Positions 36,693 through 50,934 of a DNA stretch of 64,000 nt are shown here, in pieces. Position numbers and translations under genes: made by a program. The stretch comes from Octopus sinensis. Lineage: Eukaryota. The notes beneath the pieces were generated by a model that saw only the letters and a program-made list of their open reading frames with translations, was not told the origin of the DNA and made no database searches. Position 1 is the first letter of the stretch, and each line of letters opens with the position of its first letter. Location: NCBI RefSeq assembly GCF_006345805.1, contig NC_042997.1, positions 84,568,001 to 84,632,000 on the forward strand. The letters are read 5' to 3'.

Positions 36693-37240
36693 CGCGTGTG
36701 TATGTGTGTGTGTGTGTGTGTGTCTATGTGTGTGTGTATCATAAGGGCGCACAAGGCGCCCACCTGCCAGAAAGGGGAGTTAAAACCCTCATTTAAACCA
36801 CCAATAACACTGAAAAATACGACAGAAAATCAACAGTAGTCGGGCAAACGGATTAAAGAATTTTTGACATATCAATGAAGCCCAGTGCTATATTTTAGTA
36901 TTTGGATATACTTGGATCATGATTTCTGGTTGTGGCAAAAAGCCTTACTTTCATCAGCAAGTCTTACCAATTGAAAAACATTTTTCACTTGTCACGTTGA
37001 AGTCTGCCACCATTCTGAATTGTTTTGCGCCAAAATCAGAACAGCTTCAGTGTAAATATATTAATAAGGACTAAATATTCAGAAGTGAATATTTATACAG
37101 CTATTGTTATTTTTATTATTTGCGGTAATATAATTTGTTGATAATAACAAAAACAATAATAATATAGGTGGTTTCAGGCCTTAAATACCACTAGATAGCT
37201 ATAGAATTAAAATTTATATCAATCATGTACACACACATAT

Positions 37241-37398
<158 letters not shown>

Positions 37399-37402
37399 TA
37401 TG

Positions 37403-38678
37403 CTGGCTGCGGTGAATAAATTGTCGTCTAAATTACGCAAAAATGAAAATAACATTGACATGTCCTTTTAACAGATATACTTATCAAAATCACATAAAAA
37501 TATCTTGAATTACTAAAGAGTAAATTTACTGAACTATATCTCCATTGGCTTCAACTATGGCCTCCAGAAACTTCGGAATCTTCTGCAACTCTTCTGAATG
37601 GTCTCCTTGTATAAGTTGGTGAATGCTACCATAATCCTTGCCTTCAGTTAATTTTTCGTGTCACAAGGAGTTTTGTTGATTTCTCGCTGAAATGCGCCCT
37701 ACACATAATATTGAAGGGGGTTGGAGTCTGGGGGAGTTAGGTGGCTAGATGTTAGGGGTGATGTTTTCGTAGAAATTGTCTGACAGCCATGACTGGTTTC
37801 TCTTGCTTGTATATGATTGCACAGAGACCTGTTACTAAACATAAGGTCTTCCAGCAGCCACACTTTTGACCCAGGGCAGCACTATCTCCTCCAGGCACCT
37901 GATATAGGCCTCAGTGTTGAGTCTGAGGCCATTTGAGAAGATGAATAGAGACATAACGTCGCTATCACTAGTGATCACTCCAAACACCATGATGTTGACT
38001 GGATATTTGATTTTTATCATTCTCGGCACATGTTTTAGGGACACAGCAAGTCAACGGTTGTTCTATGTGTTCACCATCTGATCCTGGCAGAGATTTTTCT
38101 CATCAGAGAAAAACCAAAGCATATTCGGTTGGAGGGGATGTTTAAGTTTGTTCAAAAGCTCCGTAGAGCGGTCTTTCTTTTTTGTTAACCTTGATGGCTT
38201 GGGATAAAAATTGGCCCTTTCTCATCTTGTATGAGGAATATGTGCTTGATAAGAAACTGAGACACTCTTCTGTCCCTGGCGATGGACCTGATTGACTTGG
38301 AGGGATTGTTGCCAATCATGGCCTGAATCTTAACAACAAATTCAGGAGTTCTTTTCTTATCAGAACGATCAGAGTGAATTTTCCGAGCTGCCATACCTTC
38401 GTAATCACCATTAGACTCATCTAACTCTTTCCGAATTCTCTGCACTGTCCTCAGATTGAAACCCAAACACTCTGAGGTGTTCGTATTGGAGCTTTCGGCG
38501 CGAATGCCAAGCAGTTCACCATGTCGTTTCCAAACTTTTGAAATTGCGTCATGGTGATGTTTTTCTCACAAACGGTGCCCAGCTGACCTTACTATACTGT
38601 GTAGTCGACAAAATCAAAGACAAAAAATGTGCATGCGTGAGATAAAAAATATAATGGCGATAAATTACTCATCGCGCC

Positions 38679-38681
<3 letters not shown>
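37403..38681 (-). mobile_element. maT-like (DD37D) Tc1/mariner transposon, near full length, decayed
   Basis: TIR CAGGGCGCGATGAGTAA; WFFSDEKN, NIMVFGVITSDSDVM, AGRPYV, PPNSPDSNP motifs; DD37D spacing inferred from a family-like reconstruction; both ends in (TA)n. Confidence 0.85.
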
Positions 38682-38744
<63 letters not shown>

Positions 38745-40134
38745 GCACACACGAACACACAAACAGACACACACACACACACACACAACACACACATATA
38801 TATATATACTTATACATACATATGTATATTTATAAACCCTTTGTTTTTTTATACAATCTCTCCATTTCTTTGCGTATTCTGTGACGGTGAATCTGGAAAC
38901 TTCCAAAGGGATTTCTGGTTTTGGGATTAAACACCAACAGTCTCTGTCATGCGGCTGGATGGATTTTATTTCATCATTTAGACAAAAGGAAGGCTATTGT
39001 CTTAGCAGTGCCTCTGAGACTGATAGGAAAGAGAGAGGGAGGAAGTTATCCTGAAACCAAAGAACTCTTCTGAATGCTTGCAACAGTGTAAACGCCACTA
39101 AAACCACCCAAGATACATGTCAGTGGTAGTATATTGGGTCTAGGATTTGAACTCAAAACGCGAAGAGACAGAGCAAATATCACAAGTCATTTTAGTCTGA
39201 TATGATATTCGTTTTGTTCTCTCAGTCCTCCATTTTGGATTAGTCATTTTGTTTATCGAACTGTAAAGGATAAAAGGATGAAAGGCGAGATTGAACTCGG
39301 AGCGCAGATAATGGGAAAAAAATTCTATTAACTTGTAGCATACGGTGCTCATTCTAAGAAGCTATTCTTGTCTACGTATTTTGCAGTCCGATCCCATCTG
39401 CTCTTTGATCAATATGTCGTTTGAGAAATCCTCGCACATTTCATAAGCGGAACGCATCAGCTTTCTTGTTGGCTTTGCAACGAGCTGTAAATTTCGTATT
39501 ATTCGGAGACAGGATTCCTCACAGCGTGATAAACTTCATTTCACACGAGATTTACTTCTTACTGCCGGAATTAGAGTTTCACGTGCTTTGATTGTTTTTT
39601 TAATCTTTACTGGGGTGGAGGTGACTATTTTCGTTTTTATTTCCATCCGCCGCTAAGGTTAGCTTGTTTCCCAAGGTCTTCATCTGATATACATCCATTC
39701 AAATGGATTGGGCGCTATTGTTGTGAAGGTGAGAGGCTTATGCCATCTACTTTCCGCTGTTGGTTTTCTTATTTATCACTTTTTCGTCCTTATGTCACTG
39801 CTGGTTGTGAAGGAATCTCCAAGAGGAAATCCTTTGGACTCCTGGTTAATTCCTGAAATAAGGTGAAGACGATGTCCGCCGACGTCCAGAATCGTCTTTG
39901 GAGTAGCAGTTATCGTGGTTTGATATTTTTGTTTCTTTTAAATTTTCCAGACACAAGACAGGAGATAACAAGTATTTACAATTGTTTAAATTGTAAGCTA
40001 CTATATTATTTTTCTCCAATTTTCTTAACATACATTATGCTTACATACATACATGCATACATATATATATATATGCATACAAACATAATACATACATATA
40101 TACACACTTACATACATTCTGATTATGAAATGTC

Positions 40135-40300
40135 ATTTGTACCTATAATCATAGGTGCATTACGTTACGTAAACAACAAAAACCTAGAAATAGTCGGTTC
40201 ACAAAGAAAGAGCAACAAAAAAATATACTGACGCAGTTTCCCCAAATCCAATCTATTTGAGGCACAATGAAGATTTTGTAGGACATTCCCAAAATTCCCC
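40135..40300 (+). mobile_element. R4/Dong-type LINE extreme 3' fragment
   Basis: FVPIIIGALRYV resembles the RLE C-terminal PIIIGALG motif. Confidence 0.5.
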
Positions 40301-40539
40301 ATCTGAGATTCTTATGTGATTAGATGCACACACCTGGGTGTATGCATCGACAGTTCAGTTCAACCAAAACACCAACTCAACCACATGTTTACAAACACAG
40401 GGAACTCTCTTAACTGAAAAAGTCTTGTCGTTTTGATAGCGGCCGGCTTGAACTCTCTCAAGAACTTAAAAAACTCAAAGAAAGATCATACATACATGCA
40501 TACGTAGATATATGCATACATACATACAAAGAGCGGAAG

Positions 40540-40576
<37 letters not shown>

Positions 40577-40654
40577 GAGAGAGAGGAATAGAGAGAGACA
40601 CACACACACACAAAGAGAGAACAATGGTTTCAAATTGGTACCCCTTTATTTCAG

Positions 40655-40681
40655 CTGTTCCATCATATACTTCAGCGTCCG
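40655..40681 (+). CDS. Candidate 27-nt symmetric micro-exon
   Basis: Acceptor CCCTTTATTTCAG, donor GTAACA; open in all three frames. Confidence 0.15.
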
Positions 40682-41089
40682 GTAACACACGATGTCATCC
40701 CGTAGATGCAACTCAAAAGAGCAGCATGCATAAAGCAAACACATCCCCGCTTCTCTGTGCTTGCATATATATGCTGCCCTAATAAAGGTGCATCATCATG
40801 TGTTGCTGTACTCTGAAACATATTTAACAGATGAAATGAAAGAGTACCAAGTTGAAGACCATGTTATATTTCCTCTCATTACTGATGTACTCTTATATTA
40901 AGTTATAGCCTAATTTAGGATGCGCAGGCCCCCGTGTCAATACGCAAAAGAGAGAACTTAGCGCGATTAAGAGCCGGAACCCGAATGGAATAATTGCCAC
41001 ACTCTGAGCGCATCCTATCACACACACAATAAACTTTCTCGTATCTTCCGGCCGTCACATGAATCATACAGACACACACACACTCACAA

Positions 41090-41147
<58 letters not shown>

Positions 41148-41233
41148 ACACACACACAGAGGCATTTATAATCATAAATAAACGTACGTATATATGTATG
41201 TATGTATTATGTATGTATGTATGTATGTATGTA

Positions 41234-41288
<55 letters not shown>

Positions 41289-41684
41289 CGTATGTACGTA
41301 TATATGTGTGAATGTATGCATTATGAATGTATGCATGTATCTCTGAATGATTCATAAAAAGCGCAAATAGCTGTTTTGCCACGTAATATTTTTAACGTTT
41401 TGTCTGCGATGCAGTGAGAAACTCCATCACTTCACATATAACCGATTAAACACGTTTTAATCGAATGCAAATAAACACATGACGACAATGTAATAATTGT
41501 ATTTATCATCTTGTAGTCTGCTGTCATACTTAGCATTTTTTTGTGCATGCGTACGTACATACATCTATTGCACATGTCCCTTCATATTATTGTCATTATT
41601 ATTATATACTTACATTAATGTGTCTAATGTATCCGTATATTCATAAATGCATACAATGTATGTGTGACTGCATCATGTGCGTAT

Positions 41685-41717
<33 letters not shown>

Positions 41718-42544
41718 CATATACATATATATATACATATACATAAATGTATATATGTATGTATATGCATGTATGAATATGCATATATGTATGTGTATGC
41801 TCATAAATATACATATACGTATATCGTTTTATATGTGTGTGCATGAGTAGCAACAGAAACGTCTAGAAACTCTATTAACAAATTCGATTTTTAGCTGTTT
41901 ATATTCTCTAATGGCTTGTCTAGTAAATATAGAAAGTTTGAGTTAAATGTATTTCCTATGCTAAATAATAATAAAAAAAAGAGAAGGAAGACAATTTGTT
42001 ATTCATTCCGAACAACTTCGCTTCACTCTTGGCATAGACATCTCGTACCTCATTCGCCTTACACCTTATTATTATAAGAGCCAAACACACTGGCGTTCAA
42101 TAAATTATTTAGTAGACATTCCGATTGTTTATTTCACCAAACATGCATAAATGTGTTGGCAGGCTGAGCAAGAAGGATAATAAGTTCGCTTCGCAACCAC
42201 GTTGTTCTGCGTTTCGCGTATGGTCCAGCAGTTTGAATAATTTTTTGGCAGCTATATCTTGGTGTAACCACGGATTGACCAATAACTGGCGAGCGAAATT
42301 TGTTAGCAATTTGTACCCATCCCCACGCCGATGCAAACATAACACACACACATGCATACCTACATACGTGTATGTACACGTATAAGTGTGAAGAAGTGAA
42401 TAAAAGGGTGAGAACTCAAAACTAAAAAATATCTTGATGTCACCTACCAGAAACTAAAACATCAATAATCGCTACTCATCAAAAATAGCTCGGTATAATA
42501 GGTTTTTTTTAGTGTTTCAACTTGCAATAAGTTACAAATACACA

Positions 42545-42715
42545 CACACACACTTTTTATCTTTCATCTTCTACATATTTCAGTCATTAAACTGCAGCCA
42601 TGCTGGGACAGCTTTGAGGAATTTTAGTCGAATGAATCAAGCGCAGCTATTTTGTGTCAAACGTGGTCCTTATTCCACCGGTTGTTTTTGCCGAACCGCT
42701 AGGTAACAAGGACAA
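42545..42715 (-). mobile_element. Family A SINE 3' fragment
   Basis: TTTCAGTCATTAAACTGCAGCCATGCTGG...TTTTTGCCGAACCGCTAGGTAAC. Confidence 0.7.
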
Positions 42716-42984
42716 ACACATATACATACACAAACACATATATATGCATATCACTAGAGAACTGTATCGGCTAGACTACTGGATGTTACTATAGACTGCG
42801 GGACTCAATGGAGTTCCTCGTATTGTCGTAGCTTTCGAATGATGCCACCCTGCTGACTAGGAGAGTCGGTCAACATTATCCCTATCGCTGGGTTGCCAAT
42901 TTACGGTTATCTAAAATAAAGTACAATGAAAGTAGAGTTTGAAGCAAGTTAGGGCTCTTGCAAATCTGATGCAGTCTTTACATA

Positions 42985-43054
<70 letters not shown>

Positions 43055-43153
43055 AATGTTTATCAGACTATTTTCCTTAGTCATTTGCACGGTGATCGCT
43101 ATAAGCTTCAAGCATATAAAAAATACTATTATGATCATTTACACACACACACA

Positions 43154-43204
<51 letters not shown>

Positions 43205-43222
43205 CATACATACATACATACA

Positions 43223-43254
<32 letters not shown>

Positions 43255-43661
43255 CACTCATATATTCATATAAAACTTATCAAATTCTGAAATATATGTT
43301 TGCTTGAAGTTAGCTAATTAGGATAATATTCATTTCTGACATTGACATCAAGGATACTGATTACAATAATAATTTATGAAATATTTTATGAAATATCAAA
43401 AGTTGTTCGTGATTATAAACTGCAATGAAAAATAAGAATAAATCATACACACATACACACACTTGCGCATATACCATACACACACAGACACGCAGACACA
43501 TAGGCACTTAGACATTTTGTGTATTTTGTTGTATAAAATATATATAAAAGTGCTCTATAACTTTTGTGCTAAATCTGTGCAGTGACTAATTTACATATAC
43601 AATATGCAAGGTAAACAGGATGTGTTGAATTGTAATAGAAGTGTCCAGCCTTTTTACACAG

Positions 43662-43698
43662 TGTTACACTGGTTCCTGCTGAGGTTCACGTTCAATGA
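43662..43698 (+). CDS. Candidate micro-exon
   Basis: Acceptor CCTTTTTACACAG, consensus donor GTAAGT, open frame LHWFLLRFTFN. Confidence 0.2.
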
Positions 43699-43877
43699 GT
43701 AAGTAGTTAGGGTGATCGAACAACGAAACACCCATCACCGAAAGTGGAGTCCGTTTACTTATTTACTAATCATTGTACTGACAATGGCTATATTTTGTTT
43801 TTTTCGATAGAGGTCTGAAAAAACTAGAACCCAGTGAGATCTATGCTACATTTTTCTGCTTGTAGAGTGTTACTGTG

Positions 43878-43914
<37 letters not shown>

Positions 43915-43919
43915 TTTAG

Positions 43920-44460
43920 TTTATCAATGCAGCATTTTGTCTCAGGTTTCTGAACGGGAATTATAGATATGGTAATTTCTGTCGTCTATTTTGATTAGGT
44001 TGTTTGCTTTGTCCACAGGGATAAATATATTTTTTTTCTGATTTGCTAATGGCCATCAGTTTGGATTGAAGATGTGATAGGAAATCGTTATTAACTGTTC
44101 TAAATTTCATGCTTTTAATTATGAAGTAGAGGTCATTTTCTGTTGTTAGATGAGAATATATTGGACCAGATTATGAGTGTGTTATTGGTAACAATAAAGT
44201 GTTCTTGTTTGTCGAAGTAATGGTCTCTTAGCAAGGACAATTGATGAAATTTTCATTCCGTCCTAAAGTAATTTGGGTAAAGTTTTCTATGGGAAGATTG
44301 GAATGTTTTCTGTTCGAGAATTATGAAATCTTGAGGTTTTATAACTGTTGTTTTATGTTTTTATTCATGGAAAGAGAAAAATAATGCATTGATTCAGAGT
44401 GGATATATCTATTTTTAAGAAAAGTGTTTTTTCTAAATAATTTGCAAGAGTAATTAGGTT
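43920..44460 (-). mobile_element. Possible decayed PLE RT C-terminal/linker fragment
   Basis: Minus-strand pieces such as KNRYIHSESMHY and KQPN resemble the PLE thumb/linker region; weak. Confidence 0.35.
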
Positions 44461-44681
44461 GTGAAAAAATTTAAGATTTAAATCTGATAAGGGGAAATGG
44501 ATGACGGAAAATTCAATGGTAGGAAAGATTTCAATACATGATAGATATAAGTAACTGTTCTCAGATGTAGGTATGACTGGAGAGGAAATAGTATCGCTGA
44601 GTATACAAATGTAGAAAGTATGTATATACGGGTGTGTGTACGTGTGTGTGCGCGCGTGTGGATAATAATAATAATAATAAT

Positions 44682-44773
<92 letters not shown>

Positions 44774-44810
44774 CTGATGATGATAATAATAATAATAATA
44801 ATAATAATAA

Positions 44811-44947
44811 TCCTTTCTACTAAAGCACAAGGCCTGAAATTTGGGGGCAGGGGGATTGTCGATTACATCAACCCAGTATTCAACTGGTCCTTAATTTATC
44901 GACTGGGAAAGGTTGAAAAGCAAATTCAACCTCGGCTGAATTTGAAC
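44811..44947 (-). mobile_element. Family B SINE, 3' part
   Basis: Preceded by (AAT)n tail; GTCGATTACATCAACCCAGTATTCAACTGG. Confidence 0.85.
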
Positions 44948-45155
44948 TGGCAGAACTGTCAACACGCCAGGCAAAATGCCTAGCAGCATTTCTTCAGTCT
45001 TTTCGTTCTGAGCACAAACTCCGTCGAGGTTGACTTCACCTTTCATCCTTGTGAGGTCGATAAAATAAGCACCAGTCAAACACTGGGGTCGATGTAATCG
45101 ATTTAACTCTTCCTCTGTAATTGCTGGTCTTGTGCCAAAATTTGAAACTATTATT
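44948..45155 (+). mobile_element. Family B SINE
   Basis: CTGGCAGAACTGTCAACACGCCAGGC...GGTCGATAAAATAAGCACCAG. Confidence 0.88.
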
Positions 45156-45162
45156 TCCACTA

Positions 45163-45372
45163 GGGCGACAAACCGGCAGAGTCGTTAGCGGGCCGGACAA
45201 AGTGCTTAGCGGCATTTCCCGTGTCTTTACCTTTTTAATTCAAATCCTGCGGAAATCCTCTTTGCTTTATGAGATCAATAAAATAAGTACCAGCTGAGTA
45301 CTGGAGTCGATGTAATCGGCTAGTTCACTTCCCCCAAATTTCAGGTCTTGTACATATAATAGAAAGAAGTAT
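45163..45372 (+). mobile_element. Family B SINE (tandem copy)
   Basis: GGCGACAAACCGGCAGAGTCGTTAGC...AAATAAGTACCAGCTGAGTACTGG. Confidence 0.88.
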
Positions 45373-46237
45373 TATCATCGAAATTGTGCTGAATTTATCT
45401 CGATAACTGATGAGGCGAGAGCGTGGTCACATCCTTTCATTGTTTTACCTGTTTTCTGAATGGTCCGTCCTCGTCTTTCACTGCATCTTTTTACCATTAC
45501 GTATCAATCACGGCTGGAACATCTTTGATCAGAAGTCTGTTTGATCAGCGGAAACTGGGGCTAAAAAATTTAGAGATCGTTTTATTTACGTATTGACTGT
45601 CCCAGACCCTTAAAATATATGGTGACAACTGACTTTTCACATTTTTTCTTTACTACAATATAGGGTCACTGGTGAAAGGGTATGGATATGGTGAAGATAA
45701 ATAAAAATAAAGAATAAAATTGTGTAACTTGAAGCTATCTAAATATACGTATAGACAATTAGTTTTGTACGTTCTTCCACTGGTTTCGTGTTAATGATAT
45801 GGCATATGTCTGTCTCTGTGGTTTGCTTTGTATGTTTGTTTTATTTTTTTCTTTCCTTTCTGACTAGCTAGTAATTTTAAAAGACGTGATGTCTGTCTGT
45901 GTTACCCACTCATCAGCGAACAAAATAACACAAACAAACAAAAGACAGACTAATTGTACGTTCGTTCGATTTAGCTCGTGACTGTTGATGACAATGTGTT
46001 TTAACATCGACTCTTTAGTGTGGATAGAATAAATGAACCAATGTCTTGATAGAAAATCGATGTGTCTAAAGGTATGGGCTAGGGAAGGAAGAAGTTATTG
46101 TGAGAGAGAAATAAAGAGAGAGAGAGAGAGATATATATATATATATATATAGATGGAGGGAGCGTGAGAGAGAGTGAGAAAGTGAGAGAGATAGAGAGGG
46201 AAACGGAGCGAAACATTTGTATATACTGAGAGAGATG

Positions 46238-46269
<32 letters not shown>

Positions 46270-46311
46270 TGTATGTATGTATGTATGTATGTATGTATGT
46301 ATGTATGTATG

Positions 46312-46366
<55 letters not shown>

Positions 46367-46473
46367 GAGAGAGAACTTGCTGAGTCACGTATATACTCAT
46401 ACAAAGTTGGATATACATATTTATATATATATATATATATAATATATATATATATTAATATATATATATATAT

Positions 46474-46527
<54 letters not shown>

Positions 46528-46934
46528 GTTTCTACTAATATATGCATATATGCATGTATACATATATGTATGTATGTATATATGTATATATGTGTGTGTG
46601 CATATATATATACACACACACACATCCATGCATACATGTAAACATACATACTTACGTACATGCATACATAAATACATAGATAAATACATACATACATACA
46701 TACATACATACATACATACATACATACATACATGTATGTATGTATGTATATTAATGTGAGAGAGATAGGCATAGACCGGGGTATAAGAGGAAAATATACT
46801 GAGAGAGAAATGAGAGATGATAAAACTTTGCAAATATTAGTAGCAAACACTGTAATGTATGTGTGTAGGTCTTACTTCTTTCTCTCCATCCCTCCCGCAA
46901 CCTCTCTTCAGTCTCTGTCTACATAAATGCATAG

Positions 46935-46979
<45 letters not shown>

Positions 46980-47054
46980 ATATATATATATATGTGTGTG
47001 TGTGTATATGTATGTATATATATATCTGTGTGTGTGCGTGTGTGTATACTTACA

Positions 47055-47089
<35 letters not shown>

Positions 47090-47746
47090 TTATTTATATA
47101 TATATATTAAATATATATATATATTTATATATGCACACATACATCCATATATGTATACATACACTTATATACATATACATATATGCGCAAATAAGTATAC
47201 TTATAATGACTATATATATATATAATTATCAGAATATATGTACATATCTATGTATTAGTGTGTGTGTACATAGTAAATAGATGCAGGAGTGAAAGGTGAT
47301 AGCAAGTGAAACAATGCCATTGAAATTAATGCATGAGCTAAAGCATTGAAAAAATATGGAGAAAAATAAAAAAAAACCTAAATCACATAACGTAAAAACA
47401 ATATGGAGTCATGTCATATAAAGTGAAGCATTAGTGGATGTAGTTAAGACAAGTGAGGTTTCAAATGCCGTTGGTATTAACATAGGGTTTCGGCGGAGTG
47501 GTGTGGAAGCTGGCATAAGTAGCTAGTACAATGGTCAATGTCTTCTTAGGATTAACCATTAAGCAAAATAAGCTTGAGGTTTGTGTAGCATAGAAAGGAG
47601 GTATCACTGAGTTTATCATGATAAAACCGGGGCAGCTAAACCAGGTCTCACAAAAAGGAGTCCATAATATATGTTGACACAGTCGCACATGCACGCACAC
47701 CCATACTCACACCCATTTTCATGTATAAATATATGCGTGTGTATCC

Positions 47747-47808
<62 letters not shown>

Positions 47809-47987
47809 ATTATATATATATCCATTATATATATATACATACACATATATACATATATATATATATATATGTGCGTGTGTGTGTGTGCATGGTTCTTTTC
47901 AATGGCTGATAATACCTTACCGGCGCCACTCGAGTAAGGACATTATTTACTCCATAAATGGGGCCCTAAAAGCTACTACTAGTCCAG

Positions 47988-48628
47988 ACAAGATAAACTA
48001 GCAAAAAATTATCCAGTAATTTTTTGCTAGTTTATTTTGTTCTTTTGTCTTCTCTCCTGATGCTGTATGAACATTTAATGTGGTTTTAGAGTCAAGTTTT
48101 CGCTGCTATTTCCAGCGTGGAGGTATCTCTTAGACACCCTAAGTTATGATTTTAATAATAATTATTATCTTTGAAGGTTTTTATTCTCATGCTGGCCTCT
48201 TGATAAGATCGATAATTAAATTAACGATCATATCCTTATTTATATAAATTTATATTTATTTCGTCATTATATTTACTGCAGTGATATTTTTGACCATATC
48301 GCACGAGGGGTTATAGGCGGGTAATTTAAACTGGTTGTCTGCATATGTGCATATATATGTATGTAAACGTTCGGTATATGTGGGTATTCGTATGTTATAT
48401 GTATATATATGTGTATTTATGTTACTATCTGTGTATATTCCACTGATGAGGCAAAGCATTTCTTATGCAAAGTCAGAAATCCGGGATCCAGTAGTTTTTT
48501 GCTAGTTTATCTTGTCCATTTGTCTTCTCTTCTGGTGCTGTATGAACATTTAATGTGGTTTTAGAATCAAGTTTTGGCTGCTATTTCCAGCTTGGAGGTA
48601 TATCTTAGATACCCTAAATTATAATTTT
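47988..48628 (+). mobile_element. Retrozyme-like non-coding PLE derivative: 140-bp direct repeats, 475-bp period, inverted 5' stub
   Basis: 48014-48153 matches 48489-48628; 47988-48011 pairs with 48017-48040; hammerhead core lies immediately before the second repeat. Confidence 0.8.
48437..48488 (+). ncRNA. Type I hammerhead motif, helix I 3' strand deleted
   Basis: CTGATGA-GGC AAA GCAT TTCTT ATGC AAA GTC A-GAAA-TCC G GG-ATC; homolog of 31601-31659 lacking TAGAATTATC. Confidence 0.7.
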
Positions 48629-49194
48629 ATATATATATATATATTCTATAATTATGAGTATAATTAGAATTAGGGTTCAGCAAAATTTGCTTTGCCACAT
48701 ACCGAAATTTAGAAATAGCAGTTAAAACTACTATTTTACTACCATTAAAAAATCTCGCTGACAGCAATACTCAACAACTCACGCAGGTAAAGAGAAAAAA
48801 ATAACGAATCCACTCGACTCTGTTTAACTGTATACGCGTTTCTGAGTTAAAGAGATGTGAAAAATGTAAAATCATATTTCTACTCTCTCATTCTCTTCAG
48901 TGCAGTAATTCAAGATTTTAAATTTGTGAGCACTGAAAATTAACATACTTATCTGATCAAGCGACATCAGACAACGTATATCCAACGATCAGTACTTCCG
49001 AATTCAAACAGACGAATGAGATCTCGTATTACTCCACACTCACTCACGTGTGCCAACGAGTAAAATTCCGCAGGAAACTGCACTTAACTATCAGGGAGAG
49101 AATTATATTTCGTTATGCAACCGAAATAATATACTACAAAGCATATTAAACGCACTTCATGTTCTGCAGTGTTAACAGTGGTATTACATCACAT

Positions 49195-49890
49195 TTTAAG
49201 GTTATCTCTCCAGATTTTCAACAGAAATTATAGCCAGAATGATCTGTTAGACGTTTCTCATCCAGTTACGTCTAAGGTAAACAACAATGCGATCGAAGAT
49301 GGAAAAATTGGTAATGGATGTATATGCAACATTTCAAGTGCCCTTGATCCTCCATCAGCACAGCATGGATGCTTAATGGGTTGGCTGTTGTGCTGATGAA
49401 GGAGCATGAACTTTTGAAATATGTATGGCATATACATCCATTGTGGAGGCGCAATAGTCCAGTGGTTAGGGCAGCGGACTTGCGGTCGGAGGATCGCGGT
49501 TTCGATTGCCAGACCAGGCGTTGTGTGTGTTTATTGAGCGAAAACACCTAAAAGCTCCACGAGGCTCCGGCAGGGGGTGTTGGCGACCCTTGTTGTATTC
49601 TTTCGCTACAACTTTCTCTCACTCTCTTTTACTGTTTCTTGAGTAACGCTGTGATGGACTGGCGTACCGTTCAGCTGGTGGGGGGACACATACGCCACAG
49701 AAACCGGGAAACCGGGCCCATGACCCTGGCTAGGCTTGAAAAGGGCAAAAAGAAGAATACACCCATTACCTATTTTTCCATCTTCAATCGCATTGTTGTT
49801 TTACATTAGACGTATTCGAATATGAAACGTTGTAATAAATCTGGGTTGGCTATAAAAAACATGGAAAATATGTAGAGATAACCTTACCAA
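49195..49890. repeat. Fold-back inverted repeat interrupted by a SINE
   Basis: Left arm 49195-49355 pairs with 49388-49441 and 49770-49890. Confidence 0.7.
49442..49760 (+). mobile_element. tRNA-derived SINE, family C, full length with target-site duplication
   Basis: tRNA-like head GGAGGCGCAATAGTCCAGTGGTTAGGGCAGCGGAC...GGTTTCGATTGCC; flanked by ATACATCCATT / ATACACCCATT. Confidence 0.88.
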
Positions 49891-50825
49891 GTCCTTCAGA
49901 AATAATAAACTCACTGGTTTCGGATGGTCAACGAAGACCATCGACACAGCCCTTTCATCCAATAACCCTCCAACAAAATACCAAAAAAAAATGTTATGGG
50001 CCATATAGAAGGATTACGGTTTTTAATATCATATTTTCATACCGTATGAAGTAGAGTTAAACAGGTTTCTTTATTAACAGTAAAGACATATAAGGAAAAT
50101 AAAAAGAATAAACAGCTGCCAGGATAATAAATTTATCAAAACGTCAATATAAACCAATATAAAACGTATAAAAAGATAGCGGTACCAAATGCAAAAAGAA
50201 ACCAGCATAACATAAAATAAATAGCATAAATAAAAGCAAGAACAATGGCTGAAGTTAATGTCTATAAACAAGTTTTCAAAATTCATCCATCCTTAGAAAG
50301 ACGTTGAATCTGACAGGAATAATAAAAAAAAGGCAGTCATTTAAGAACTATCAATCTGTGGCAATGGTCTTTATGCTTGCTATTAGATAGAGCTAATAAC
50401 TACCAACCCCAACATAGAGAACAAACAAACAAATATAAATTGTTACAACATCTCTCCAACAATGACGAGAAATATTTTGGACATCATTAGACAGAAAAAA
50501 AATCTTTTGTGTTTATTTTATCATTTATTAGTTGTGGTTTTTTCTTCCTGCATTGTTTTATTGTTTTTCTTTTTAATTTAAATTTTACGTTATTGCTATA
50601 TTTATTTTTTAATTTTTGAAAATATTTTTTAAAAGTATTTCATATCCTGAGTAATTAATGACTTTCGCGCAGATATTGACAGCTTTAAAATATCAGTATT
50701 TTCCATTTTGATTTTTAGCTTCATATCGTAACACTGTTCTAGAAATACAAGTCGCTATCGATTCCATTATACATCAATTTGATTACATCAATTTTAAATG
50801 TTTATAATAATTATTATTATTGTTG

Positions 50826-50895
<70 letters not shown>

Positions 50896-50934
50896 GTTGT
50901 TGTTGTTGTTGTTGTTGTTCCTAAGGAAGTTACC

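Noticed and set aside
42820-42880. GAAAGCTA palindrome on the minus strand
   Set aside because: No CUGANGA box or helix I partner upstream
46066-47280. Many overlapping I/Y/H/T-rich ORFs up to 255 aa
   Set aside because: (TA)n, (TACA)n and (CA)n microsatellite translations; the same applies to most ORFs in the track
49442-49520. tRNA gene
   Set aside because: Continues into a SINE body with a TSD; cloverleaf imperfect
49915-49955. GATGGTC/GACCATC hairpin followed by GAAAC on the minus strand
   Set aside because: Core box is doubly mismatched and the triplet would be GUG, which is not an NUH site
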